The notes below the pieces were generated by a model. That model ran no database searches, was not told where the DNA came from, and saw only the letters and a program-made list of their open reading frames with translations. The position numbers and the translations under genes were made by a program. A stretch of DNA of 64,000 bases from Anthoceros angustus (taxonomy: Eukaryota; Plantae; Anthocerotophyta): positions 682,001-746,000 of the forward strand of contig MU008170.1 in assembly GCA_010909165.1 (NCBI GenBank). Direction: 5' to 3'. Below, in pieces: positions 23,567-35,587 of the stretch; position 1 is the first letter of the stretch; each line of letters begins with the position of its first letter.

Positions 23567-24781
23567 TTTATTAAGCCTGAGAAGTCTCAGACCCCAGGGC
23601 TCTGGGCACCAGAAATCATTTTTGGGTTTTGTGGAAGAAACCCACCCACCCATGCAGCATGATGTCGTCATGCAGGCTGCTGGACCCATGATCGGCAGCC
23701 GCTGGTATGCACTGTAACAGACTGTTGTTAGGTTGGTGTGGTGGGGCAAGGAGAAGCAGTGCAGGACTGATCAGGAGTGTGGTGTGTGGACGAGGTATAG
23801 TACCTCCTTGTTGCTCATAATGCCTGCCCAGTATGGGCTCAGGATGTGGCAGGGTCCGTCAGACGTTGTAGGAATGCATTTCCACTTCATAGGTCTCTGT
23901 CAGACACTGAATCACGTGACCCCTCCTTATTAATCAGGAGCTCCCGGTGCCTAGGGTTCGAATTCCTCATGGCCTCGCAACCGTAGATGTACAAACGCAG
24001 CTCTGGCTTTCTCGAAATCGCGGCACGCCACGTCCAGCCAAGGAATGTCTTGATCAAAGCGACCGGGATAGGCCTGGAGTGTGCCGGGCGCATCATGTCT
24101 GGCCCAGTTTCAACTCCCAAAATTCTCATCTCCAGTCTCGGAGGCCTGGCTTGGCCTTGAAGAAAGCTCAAGCCGACGACTTGACGCGGATCGTCTTGCG
24201 CAGTAGTTTCGTCCCCCGTTCGGCAAACCACAGCGCTTTACTGGGCTGTGTGCTACAGGAAGACGGGCCTCTTCGCACACCTCAACGCGGATTGGAGTCT
24301 GGGTCCCGCGGTCGGCTCGAGTCTGGCCAAGCCCACTCCAGCCCACCCGCTTTCCCGCCATCTCGCCTTCCCTTTACGATCCACACACGGTCCGGTTCTG
24401 GCTCTTGCCCGGCTGGGCATGTTGTGGGCAGCAGGACAAGCGTATGTTGGCGCGGATTTCGCTTGGAGCAGGGGGCAGGCTTGCGGTGGAGCGTGACGTT
24501 TTCCCGCACGGATTTCCTGGATGCAGTGGTTTGCATCTTGCTGTGTGCCGTGCTGGGAATTGGGTTTGGGGGATACTGGGTTCTAAGGATCTTGCTGCCG
24601 GCCAGCTTTGCTCTATTTGTGTTGTGTGTTGGCAATAACGTCGTCCACAGCCCAGAGAAAGTGAGTGGGCTGGGGACCTCGGCGCTCTCCGCTTGCATCT
24701 TGAGATCCTCCCGCTGTGTGCGCTCTCTGGGTTCGAATCCCGCTAACTGTTGGGGTGGCTCCTGTAGAGCCTTCAATTAAG

Positions 24782-27693
24782 ATGGGAGCGGGTCCATCGA
24801 AGGACGAGCAGCTGTACACTGCTGTGCAGAGTAATAATCACAATGCGGTCAAGGCGTTGCACCGGGAGGGAGCCTCCTTGGAGGTGGGTGTGTCTCGGTC
24901 AGCATGGCCTTGGCCTGGGCCTAGGTACATGTTTTCTGTGCTTTGGAGGAATATGGAATTCTGTTGAATTCTCTTGTCTCTGTATGATGCGCAGTGGGTT
25001 GATAAGGAAGGAAGAACACCGCTGATTCTGGCGTGCTCACGAGGAGACTTGTTCGATATGGTCATACTTCTTCTCAGTTTGGGTGCGAATCCAAATGTGT
25101 ACAGACCTGGTAGGGATCCTTCCTATGCTTCCTGTGTCCATAGAATTCATGCCGCCGGATGTTTGTCGTGGTTTAATGTGATGAGAGTGCCCTGTGAATC
25201 TGCAGGGACGTATGGAGGCTTTCCTCTCCATCATGCTGCTAAAAGAGGCCTTGACAAGACTGCACTGCTACTTCTGAGGAATGGAGGTGAGAGGGGTTTT
25301 TGTTGCGGGAAAGTGCAGGCTTCGGCACCACATGCTCTGTGCTAATCAGGTGTATATCTCCTGAATCGGTTTGCTCTTGTGCACAGCTGACCCCTTGGCA
25401 ATCAATGATGATGGATCAAGTCCCTTGGATATGGCAAGGGCTAGAGAGCATGTGACGATTGTGCGAATAATAGAGGTATGCACTTGAAATTTCAGAGGAT
25501 GGGACAGAGCTAAGAGTTTTGGTACTTATGTATGTTGCGCACATAAGTGATGTCCACTCTGCTCGTGGTAGCAAGCTGACAAATCCCGTGCTCCTCAGGA
25601 CAAGATTTGCTTGTTCAGTGGTATTGTGCGAGAGCAATCAGGTCCTGGATTCCTGGAAGTCATAGCCCCTCAGTGGGTCACTAAGAAAGTGTGAGACTCC
25701 GACACATCATGCCTTCTGTTCGATGGATTGTGCCAAGTTGGCATCTTCTAGTCCTGCTTCAAAAAAAAGTGTATGCTGGCAGTTATAAGTAGCTGAAGTT
25801 GGTGCCTGGTTGCAATGCAGTTGGGCTGTTGTGCTACCAGCGGAAACCCCCGACCCAAGAAGGCCGCCCAAGTTTGATCTTGTCATCTACCAGTCGCCAA
25901 AGGTTGGTTTCTCGTCACTAAAAAAACTAGCTTCATAGTTTTGGACCTTAAGCACGTCTGTGGGTTTGGTACAGCTGAATCTGCATTCTTGAAGGCAAGC
26001 AGTCCATTTCCAGCTTTCCATCTCAAAAGCTGTGGAGCTTGTGCTGGTGTTTTCTGTGGCTTGATGTATATACTGTGCATTTGTGCTAGTTCAGGTGAGC
26101 CTATGGAATGGAGTGAATGCCACACCTTCGTATCATCCTGCTGGGCCGTGCAATGTTAGTAAATTATTACCGCTTCCATCTTGTACCTCGCCTAGTTAAG
26201 ATCGTGTCGTACAACAACATGTGTGTTGTACTCGTGATTGCAGCTTCTGCTTGGGGAAATGGATATATTTTTTTTAGAATGGCTGTTTGTGCTAGCTTGT
26301 TGTGTTAGTTCAGCATGGGGACTCATCTTGCAACTCTCTCGCTTGTCAGGTTGCTGTTCCAAGAACAGTAATACACCTTTCAAAGTGTGAAATTGAGGAA
26401 CCAAAGTTCAACACGGCATCACCACAGCTGATGATCACTGAAAGGAGCACAAGTATGGTTGCACTGCTACCTGTCAAGTTCCGGGCTACTTCCATCTCTG
26501 GTTCCGGAATTGCTGTGCCTTGCTGCTGGCTTTGCATGCCCAATGTCTAACATTGCTGGCCTTTTCCGTGGCTATTGTTAACAGAAACAAAGCACAAGTT
26601 TCTTTCTGAGATGGAAGGCGACAAAGCTCAGCTGGAAAGATTCTGGATGGCATGCAAGGGCATACAACAGGTATGTTGTAAGACTGCGGTTGTTTTCATA
26701 GTCCGGGCTCCAACTTCTTGCTTTGGCCTTTCTACTTTGTACGGTGCGTGATTATCTGTGAAATGTTTTGACCAGGCAAGGATTCCAGGGCACTCGCCAC
26801 GTCCTCCACCTCCTGCAGCCTTAGTGCAAGGGCCACCACAGGTCCAAGGTCCCAGGGGGTCCTCAGATTTTGCGAGGCCAGCTCCAGCTCCAGTTAAACC
26901 TTCTGGACAAACGAGTGCAGGGCCAGCAGCAGGGGCCAAGCTGACTGCGGACCCTGCGGGTCGGATAACAGAGGATGTTGCATTGTCCATGGCAATTGAT
27001 GCATCTCTTCGCACGGCGTCTGAAGAGGGGATTCCACTTTCTCCGAATGCACGCCGCCAGTCTGTTGACTCTAATGGCTGGGGTGATACTGCAGAAAGTA
27101 GCTATTCTGGATGGGGACCTCCTGAAAGCAAGAAATCCAGCCCCCCTTCCAAAGCCAGCTACGGTGGTTGGGAGGCTGAAAAACAGAGTGCATACAACGG
27201 TTGGGCATCTCCGGAAGTAGCAGGGCCAAGCAGAAGAGATTCTGGAGATGCGCTGCCTCATGTTCCTGAAACGGTGCAAGAGGCTGATCAGCTGGATAGC
27301 CCACAAACCAGGATGCAGAGCTCTGCAGCAAGTCCTTCAGCTTCCCTATCCTCTCCATCGGCTCCACCCCTACCTTCAGAATACATGCCTCCTGGAGGGT
27401 ATGATGGTCCAATTCAGTATCCGTCCATTGACACCTCTCCAGTGCAGGTCAACTATGCTCCAATTGCTGGTGCTGTTGAGAAAGTCCCTGATGAGAGTGC
27501 CAAGAAAATCGAGCAGGAGAAGGCTGGAGGGCAATGCGTCGTATGCTGGGATTCGCCAGCTGTTGGTGTGTGTATCCCTTGTGGTCACCTTGCTGGCTGT
27601 ATGGATTGCCTCTCTGAGATCAAAGAGAAAAAGTGGGGATGCCCTGTTTGTCGAGCTTCAATTGATCAGATAGTAAGGGTGTTTCAGGTTTGA
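24782..27693 (+). CDS. XBAT35: XBAT34/XBAT35-like ankyrin-repeat RING E3 ubiquitin ligase
   Basis: MGAGPSKDEQLY..; ankyrins GRTPLILAC, GFPLHHAAKRGL; C-terminal RING CVVCWDSPAVGVCIPCGHLAGCMDCL..WGCPVCR. The symbol denotes the XBAT34/35 clade, not proven one-to-one orthology. Confidence 0.9.
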
Positions 27694-27997
27694 GCTTGAC
27701 CGGAGATCTCGGGGAGGCAACTCTACTGCCCTTCACCAGGAGGAGGCCGATGTCCACCTTCACAGATCAAACGGCCTCCTCATGGACTTTGACCAGTGGC
27801 GCTCAGTAGCTTGTGTTTTGTAATTATGTAACTATGACAAAATTACAGTCCTGAACATCACGCCAGGCCTAACTCCTCGAGTAGAGTCACGAAAGGATCC
27901 TCTAGAATCTAGGGTCTGAGGGGTCTCAGAAGAGACCTGATACTTTGTGACATGGTTCCTGCTTGGCAAGGCTTGCCCTGGCCACCTCACTTTGCGT

Positions 27998-28600
27998 TCA
28001 CAGAGCATCAATCATTCTTCTCATTTCCTTCCTTTTCTGCTTATCTGGCTCTAGCAATACTCTTTCTGTCAGCACTTGCTTAATACGGCACATGGATCTC
28101 CGAACCTGCACCACAAGAACAGGGCGTCGGTGTCCTGTCGAACTCCCAAACACCGCTTCAATCCAGACAAGGCAGAGGCGATATCCAAACCTTGGGCATT
28201 CGTTCCGGATTCGGCATGCGGCTTTCAGTTTGGATGAAAAACCGGCGTTGAGTAAGCAGAACATTTTTCTCCTTCAGCAGCACGTACCATAATTTTTGTA
28301 AGTCATCCCACGACTTCAATCTCAACTCTGACGCCTTCCAGCCCCTTCCTAACCACGGGCAACACTAGGCTTGGTCATCATGGCAGGCCAGGGAGCCAGT
28401 TCCAGCACAGGGGAAGAGCTCATAAACAACTCACCATAAGTTACCGGCGTAGACTTGTCATGCAGCTCCTCAGATTCGAAAAAGTCGGCCAAGCCAGCAA
28501 AGCCTCGAACAGAGCTCTCACAACCTAGCCTGGAGGAAGCTGTTACCGGAACCGCAGTATTCCTCAGCAGAAGCCGCTGTATTGCCCGCATAGCCATCAT
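27998..28600 (-). CDS. MRPL47: Mitochondrial ribosomal protein L47 (uL29m), 3 exons
   Basis: Transit-like N-terminus; [37 protein letters not shown]|[24 protein letters not shown]. Confidence 0.92.
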
Positions 28601-28936
28601 CTTCACCAATTGAGCTCATAAATCCGTCGCCGATCTCCAAAAGGGCTGCATCAACAATGCCGATCCTGGTGAGCTGCCTTTGCCTGTCGAACAAAGGCCA
28701 AGAACACGAGCCAGAGAGGGCAAGTACTTCCACCTGGTAAGCCAAACTCCAAAGATAATCGATAACCAGCGGATCCCGCGGAATGAGACTATTGAGATTC
28801 TCGGCGTACTGACTCCCTGAACCCTAATTCGGACACTTCGTGAGAATCTGTCTCCGCTTGGACGGCTAAATTTCTGCTGCAAGTCCGAAGAGCCTAAAGT
28901 ACGCTACTGGATTGTAAACCAGATTACCAAAACAGG

Positions 28937-31900
28937 ATGACAGGACGCTCGGGCAAGGTGTCGCGCAGCCCTACTCCAGCCTCTGAGGATGACCACGAAG
29001 AGGGAGATGCCGATCTCAGTCTCCACATTGTTAATGAAGCACAGCACGGCAGGATTTCTGTGAACCGAGACGCAGCCGTGGGACTGGTGGAATCTCAGTT
29101 GGCTGGCTACTCTGGGAAGTGGCAGGATCTCTACTCCTCTGCGTCAGCGTTGGAGGGCGTTGGCCAAGCCTTACCAGCTCATAGCGGTCAGTCTGATCCA
29201 GGACGTGGAGACGGGGCACGGGCTTGTAGCTCTGGTAGTCCGTTGCAAGCCACAGAGCCTGCCATAGGCAAAGATGTGAAGGGCAGCGTGAATCAGTTGA
29301 AGAGACACCCTGTGCGGAAAGGGCTGGGTTCAAAGGAGGGGCAGCCTGTGGATGACGAGGAGGGGGTACTGCAGGTTGGTTTGTTTGAAGCAAAATCTAG
29401 CAGCTTCGAAGTTCCGTTGTTGGGTCCTTGGAAGCTTGGCAACCCATGGATTTTGAATTACAAGGTACATCAATTGTATTTTTTGCACAGGAATCTGAGG
29501 GTCCGTCTGCAGGGATGGATGATGATGCTACGGCACTCCATCTCGTGGCCGACAATGAGGTTGAATGTTTGACCACTAACGAGGTCGCCAGTGCTGTGGG
29601 CACTAAAGAAACGGAGCAATCTATCACCCAGGATGAGGTGGTGGAAGAAAGTGCTGTCATGCGCAAGTTACTGGTGAGTCTGTTTGCATCTTAGCAGCGG
29701 TGACTGAAAACTGACGGCTAACCATCCAGATTTTTTTATGTTCAGCGTGGGCGTCGCTACTTTGACCCGCCAGATGAGCACGAAGCAACTTGTTATAACT
29801 GTGGTAAACCTGGACACCAAGAGGCCAACTGCCGTGAAGAACGTCGGATACGTCCATGCTATATCTGTGGTGATTTGCAACATGAAGGATGGCAGTGCCC
29901 TCAGGTATATGTAGTGATGATATCAGGAGACTTTTGCGAGCGTTTGCAACGGGTATTTTATCTAATCCTACAAGCTCGGTTTTGACTGTGCAGAAAATAA
30001 AGTGCTTCTCCTGTGGAGGGTTTGGGCACATTGCAAGGGCTTGTAATGTGAGACGTGGTAAGGCGATGTGCCTGAAATGTGGGGACTACGATCATGTTTT
30101 ACCAAGATGTCGCAATCAGTATAGCAGAGAAGATCTGCGGGTTGGTGCCTAGCTCATACTAAAACTTCCTGAAGTGGGATAAAAGGTCCGCCGCAAGGCC
30201 TCTGATTGTGTTCCTGATGGCTGCAGCAAGTTAGGTGCTATATTTGCAAGGCTTATGGTCATTTGTCCTGCAAGACTGTATTGGATGATCAACCGACAAG
30301 GTTGTCATGTTATAAGTGCGGTGAAGTGGGACACGCTGGCAATGTAAGTATGTCTTGTTCAATACCTAGGTGCTCTTTGGATTTGCTGCCTCAGGTTCCT
30401 TCTGAGGAGCTGGCTTAGCGGAAAGTATCTTTCTGTTTTCCAGGACTGTAGAGGGGACGGGTCGGGACATGGCCGAAGAGAGCCATTGTATGGAAGTGAG
30501 GACGAAAGGTCTGGACGGGATTTTAGGAGACAGCATGTACTATTTTCTGAATCCTTAGCTTCGCTGCAGTGGTTCGCTTGTCAAAGATATTATTGTGTGA
30601 ATATCAATCTATGCAGCAGCTACAAATTTTGACTTAGAACAAATTTCCATGCTTTGGACCTGCTGGCTACTCTGGGAAGTGGCAGGATCTCTACTCCTCT
30701 GCGTCAGCGTTGGAGGGCGTTGGCCAAGCCTTACCAGCTCATAGCGGTCAGTCTGATCCAGGACGTGGAGACGGGGCACGGGCTTGTAGCTCTGGTAGTC
30801 CGTTGCAAGCCACAGAGCCTGCCATAGGCAAAGATGTGAAGGGCAGCGTGAATCAGTTGAAGAGACACCCTGTGCGGAAAGGGCTGGGTTCAAAGGAGGG
30901 GCAGCCTGTGGATGACGAGGAGGGGGTACTGCAGGTTGGTTTGTTTGAAGCAAAATCTAGCAGCTTCGAAGTTCCGTTGTTGGGTCCTTGGAAGCTTGGC
31001 AACCCATGGATTTTGAATTACAAGGTACATCAATTGTATTTTTTGCACAGGAATCTGAGGGTCCGTCTGCAGGGATGGATGATGATGCTACGGCACTCCA
31101 TCTCGTGGCCGACAATGAGGTTGAATGTTTGACCACTAACGAGGTCGCCAGTGCTGTGGGCACTAAAGAAACGGAGCAATCTATCACCCAGGATGAGGTG
31201 GTGGAAGAAAGTGCTGTCATGCGCAAGTTACTGGTGAGTCTGTTTGCATCTTAGCAGCGGTGACTGAAAACTGACGGCTAACCATCCAGATTTTTTATGT
31301 TCAGCGTGGGCGTCGCTACTTTGACCCGCCAGATGAGCACGAAGCAACTTGTTATAACTGTGGTAAACCTGGACACCAAGAGGCCAACTGCCGTGAAGAA
31401 CGTCGGATACGTCCATGCTATATCTGTGGTGATTTGCAACATGAAGGATGGCAGTGCCCTCAGGTATATGTAGTGATGATATCAGGGAGACTTTTTGCGA
31501 GCGTTTGCAACGGGGTATTTTATCTAATCCTACAAGCTCGGTTTTGACTGTGCAGAAAATAAAGTGCTTCTCCTGTGGAGGGTTTGGGCACATTGCAAGG
31601 GCTTGTAATGTGAGACGTGGTAAGGCGATGTGCCTGAAATGTGGGGACTACGATCATGTTTTACCAAGATGTCGCAATCAGTATAGCAGAGAAGATCTGC
31701 GGGTTGGTGCCTAGCTCATACTAAAACTTCCTGAAGTGGGATAAAAGGTCCGCCGCAAGGCCTCTGATTGTGTTCCTGATGGCTGCAGCAAGTTAGGTGC
31801 TATATTTGCAAGGCTTATGGTCATTTGTCCTGCAAGACTGTATTGGATGATCAACCGACAAGGTTGTCATGTTATAAGTGCGGTGAAGTGGGACACGCTG

Positions 31901-32537
31901 GCAATGTAAGTATGTCTTGTTCAATACCTAGGTGCTCTTTGGATTTGCTGCCTCAGGTTCCTTCTGAGGAGCTGGCTTAGCGGAAAGTATCTTTCTGTTT
32001 TCCAGGACTGTAGAGGGGACGGGTCGGGACATGGCCGAAGAGAGCCATTGTATGGAAGTGAGGACGAAAGGTCTGGACGGGATTTTAGGAGACAGCATGT
32101 ACTATTTTCTGAATCCTTAGCTTCGCTGCAGTGGTTCGCTTGTCAAAGATATTATTGTGTGAATATCAATCTATGCAGCAGCTTACAAATTTTGACTTAG
32201 AACAAATTTCCATGCTTTGGACCTTGCCAAGCTACAGATCTCAAGACGTGAGCGGTGGAGGGATGCTGAACGTTCTCGATCTCCTGAAAGGGTGGATCGG
32301 TCTCACAGATCATTGTCAGAGACCCAGAACTATTCCTCAAGACGTGGAGGAACGCAGACTAACTCAGAACCTGATAAGGATGATGATGTTGGTCCTTCTA
32401 GGAAGCAGAGCCAGCATGAATATAAGAGGCAGCGCCACTATGAATGGAAGAAACAGCGCCATCATGGACGATCCCCGAGTCATAAATCATCAGAGCATGG
32501 TGAAAGCCGTAGGTCCCCAGGGCATGGCCGCCAATAG
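28937..32537 (+). CDS. Multi-CCHC zinc-knuckle protein (AIR1/2-like, At3g43590-like), internally duplicated in this assembly
   Basis: RYFDP..CYNCGKPGHQEANC..CYICGDLQH..C, CFSCGGFGHIARAC, CLKCGDYDH..C, CYKCGEVGH; RS-rich last exon ending TAG 32537. Confidence 0.8.
29102..32223. repeat. Head-to-tail duplication D1, ~1560 bp (29102-30661 / 30662-32223)
   Basis: gctggctactctgggaagtggc begins at 29102 and 30662; the differences I spotted are homopolymer-length only. Confidence 0.95.
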
Positions 32538-32684
32538 CAAGTCAGTCTGGTTGATCCCGGTTCAACAGTTTGGTACGTCAAACGGTTCGAAGCTCCGCCA
32601 TGGAACAGAACATCTCTTCTATTTATTATCTAGCTCAGGCCGGTTGGTTGAGAATGAGTCGCAGAACCTTGATGGAATCCATCA

Positions 32685-32810
32685 AGAAGAAGGAAAGAAG
32701 AATTTTATTTAAGTCCACTAAGGACGGATTTCAGTCATGGGACTTAGTACTTAACAACTTGTACCATGTGTGCCTAAGCTACTTCACCAAGGGTATCCAC
32801 TACTTTTAGG
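32685..32810 (-). mobile_element. Short non-LTR (LINE/SINE) 3' end with (TTC)n tail
   Basis: Minus strand gtcccatga..tccgtccttagtggacttaaataaaattcttctttccttcttc shares its terminal motif with the LINE end at 53025. Confidence 0.45.
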
Positions 32811-33109
32811 CACCCCATCCACTACTTTTAGGCACCCCATCTAAGTACTGATCTAAGCTCAAGATGCTCAGGATGCTTAATCACGACATTCTTATAAATG
32901 TGTGTCTATTTGGCCTAAGCCATTTGGACACACATTTATCCCAAATATTTGAGGCACTATCCCAACTATGTTATTGGTGGCAAACATATGTCCCCTTTCG
33001 CAAAGATACACCTATTCTGCTTGTAATACAGCCACACTGTATAGCTGATAAAATATATGAAGATAAAATATATGAATAATATTATAATGATTGGTGTTCT
33101 TTGCTTCAG

Positions 33110-35150
33110 CATACTTAACAACTGAAAACGAAGAGTTTTCAGTTGTTAAGTATGTTAAGTTGTCAGTTGCTTCAGCATACTTAATGTATTCTTTGAAACG
33201 AGAGAAACATTCACTCTTGTTCTTCAAGATATAAGATGTAACAAATCGTGTCTTGTCATCTGTGAATGTTAGGAAATATCGACCACCTCCTATGGACTCT
33301 TGTGAAAGGGGTCCACATAGGTCAGTATATACAAGTTCAAGCACTTCAGAGGCTCGATGAGGAGCCTGGTTTTTGAAAGCTGCTTGATGTCGCTTGGACA
33401 AGACACACGCTTCACACAGAGGTAAAGGAACAAGGATGCCTATTGGGCCATCCTTGTATAACTCACTGATTGCTAGTTTCTGCAACTTAGCACTATGAGG
33501 ATGACCTAGTCTAGCATGCCACAACTGAGACTTAGCTATTTGTTGTGCAGTAGCTGGAGAGGTATCCTTAGCAAGATGAGTTTGAGCTATACCACTCTGT
33601 GTATGAAGACGAAACAAATCACGATCTGATGATCCACAGGCAAGTATCTTCCTATGATCACAAGAATCTATCACCTGGCATTCTGTGTTAGTAAACAGGA
33701 CATGTGTGTTATTGTCTGCATTTAGTTTCCTACCTGAAATGAGATTCCTCGTCATGTCATGCACAAAGTACACGTTCAATAACTACAACATGACTCCTCA
33801 TGTTACTGATAAACTTACTGTGCCTAGGCCAGGGAACGAAAGAGATCTGTCATCTCCAAGGTAAACATACTGATCTTTAGCTGACCTGTATGTGTTGAAA
33901 GCATTTCTATCAAAACAGATGTGGGCAGTAGCACCTGTATCTAGATACCACTCCATCTATGGTCTGACATCTGCTTTTGTTGACAGACAAGTGGGGAGTA
34001 ATAGTGGACTAGCAAACTCCCTTATCCCAACTGTGAGAGCTAATGGAGTTGGCTGTTTCTTGACCACCACGTGAGTTTCTGCACCAGATGATCCCTCCTT
34101 GCGAGGTACACCGGCTTGCTTCTTACGACACTCACGTTCCCAGTGTCCAGGTAATTTACACTAGTTGCAGGTACCTGGTTTCTTAGCTTTCTTATCGGCA
34201 GGAGCTCCTTGCAAGCCTCCTCCTTTCTTAGAGCTACAAGAACCTCGGAAGTTCGGTCTTGCACCTCTTCCTCGATTAGACGTGTACACGGCTTGTTGTT
34301 TACCTGCACGCATGTGTTGGCTTCTAGTTTCTTCTTCTTCAAGCAATGCTCCCACTAGCTCTGCGAAGCTCATTACTGGGAGAGGGATATTCGCAGCTTC
34401 AGCTAACTTCTTAGCCTATGTCTGTCCAGCTGTGTGGGATGTCACAAAATATGACCATGATTCAGGTAAGGAGATGAGGAGTCTAACTGTCAACTCTCCT
34501 TCAGAAAGAACGTCTCCTGAAGATCCTTCCACCTTCGAAGCTAAGGTTCTGAACACTCCGACATGTTTTTCAATTGAGTCACCTTCCTTCATTCTATAGT
34601 TCTGAAAATGTCTCAACGCGGCCATCACACTCATGTGATTACGTGCTGCATACAGGTCCTTCAATCATTTCCAAATCTCTGCTGCTGACTTAGCCCCACC
34701 AGTCTGCCTCAACATGTCAGATGTTAGGCCATTGCGTATAAGGTACATGGCTGCGTCATTCTTGACTGACCATGCTTCAACAGCATCCGAATCAGAAGCT
34801 CCCGTAGGTATGGTTTCACCACCACTTGTGATTCTCCACAACTTGCGGTTTTGAAGAGCACCTTGCATCCTCATGACCCAGATGTCGTAGTCGGTTCCTC
34901 CGAACCTATCTTTCTCCTTGAACCCATCTCCAGTGACACTTGACGTATCTGCCATGTTTGATGCAGGCTTGTGTACGCCTTCTGAAGATGTCTTTGATTC
35001 TTATTCGTCGTTATTGAAGAGTCCTCCAAAGATCGCTGCTACCATACAGCGATTCTACAATATGTAGGGAAGATTGGGCTCCACATCCGGAGCTCAGAGA
35101 GCATGCCTCTCTGAGATCCTTGTGTTCCTCATTTCCCAGCGATTATAGGC
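33110..35150 (-). mobile_element. Ty1/Copia element 1, gag-protease-integrase part, 3'-truncated, degenerate
   Basis: KDRFGGTDYDIWVMRMQGAL, gag YRMKEGDSIEKHV..LLISLPESWSYFV, CCHC remnant, protease WYLDTGATAH, LWHARLGHP..CEAC, LELVYTDLCGP..YFLTFTDD; ends at ~33110. Confidence 0.9.
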
Positions 35151-35183
35151 AACAACATAATATTTGAAGCGGCTGAATATACA
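35151..35183 (+). repeat. Left terminal inverted repeat
   Basis: AACAACATAATATTTGAAGCGGCTGAATATACA, preceded by AGGC (35147-35150). Confidence 0.88.
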
Positions 35184-35587
35184 AAGCCGCTTCTGCAGAA
35201 AAAAAAACCAACTGCGGGAAAACCTGGTGGGCACTGAATTCCGCGATTCAGACGTTTTGGTTTTCTTGGAGATGGTTCATTCCTTCCCTTCCCTTCGGCA
35301 TCAGCTACTTTTCTCGTCGAGTGCACACGGTATCAATGTACGTCTTGTGAAAGCCCCAATGGTCTTTTGGTGATATTCGATCGGTCTTTGGTTGTCATTG
35401 CTTTAACACCTACTTGGAAAGCAATACACAGCACTAAAAAGCAATAAAAGATTAAAGAGGATGTTTGCGGACGCCAGCATGCCGGCGCCACGGAAATTTC
35501 TAATTTGGCTAAGCGAGCGTAAAGTTTCCAATAACCTAACTACCAAAATCTTAGCGGCTTGAGTCTCGGGTGGGCATTGCCCGGTCG

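Noticed and set aside
23955-24741. tRNA-like GGTTCGAAT(T/C)CC boxes at 23955 and 24730
   Set aside because: No A-box or cloverleaf stems could be built around either.
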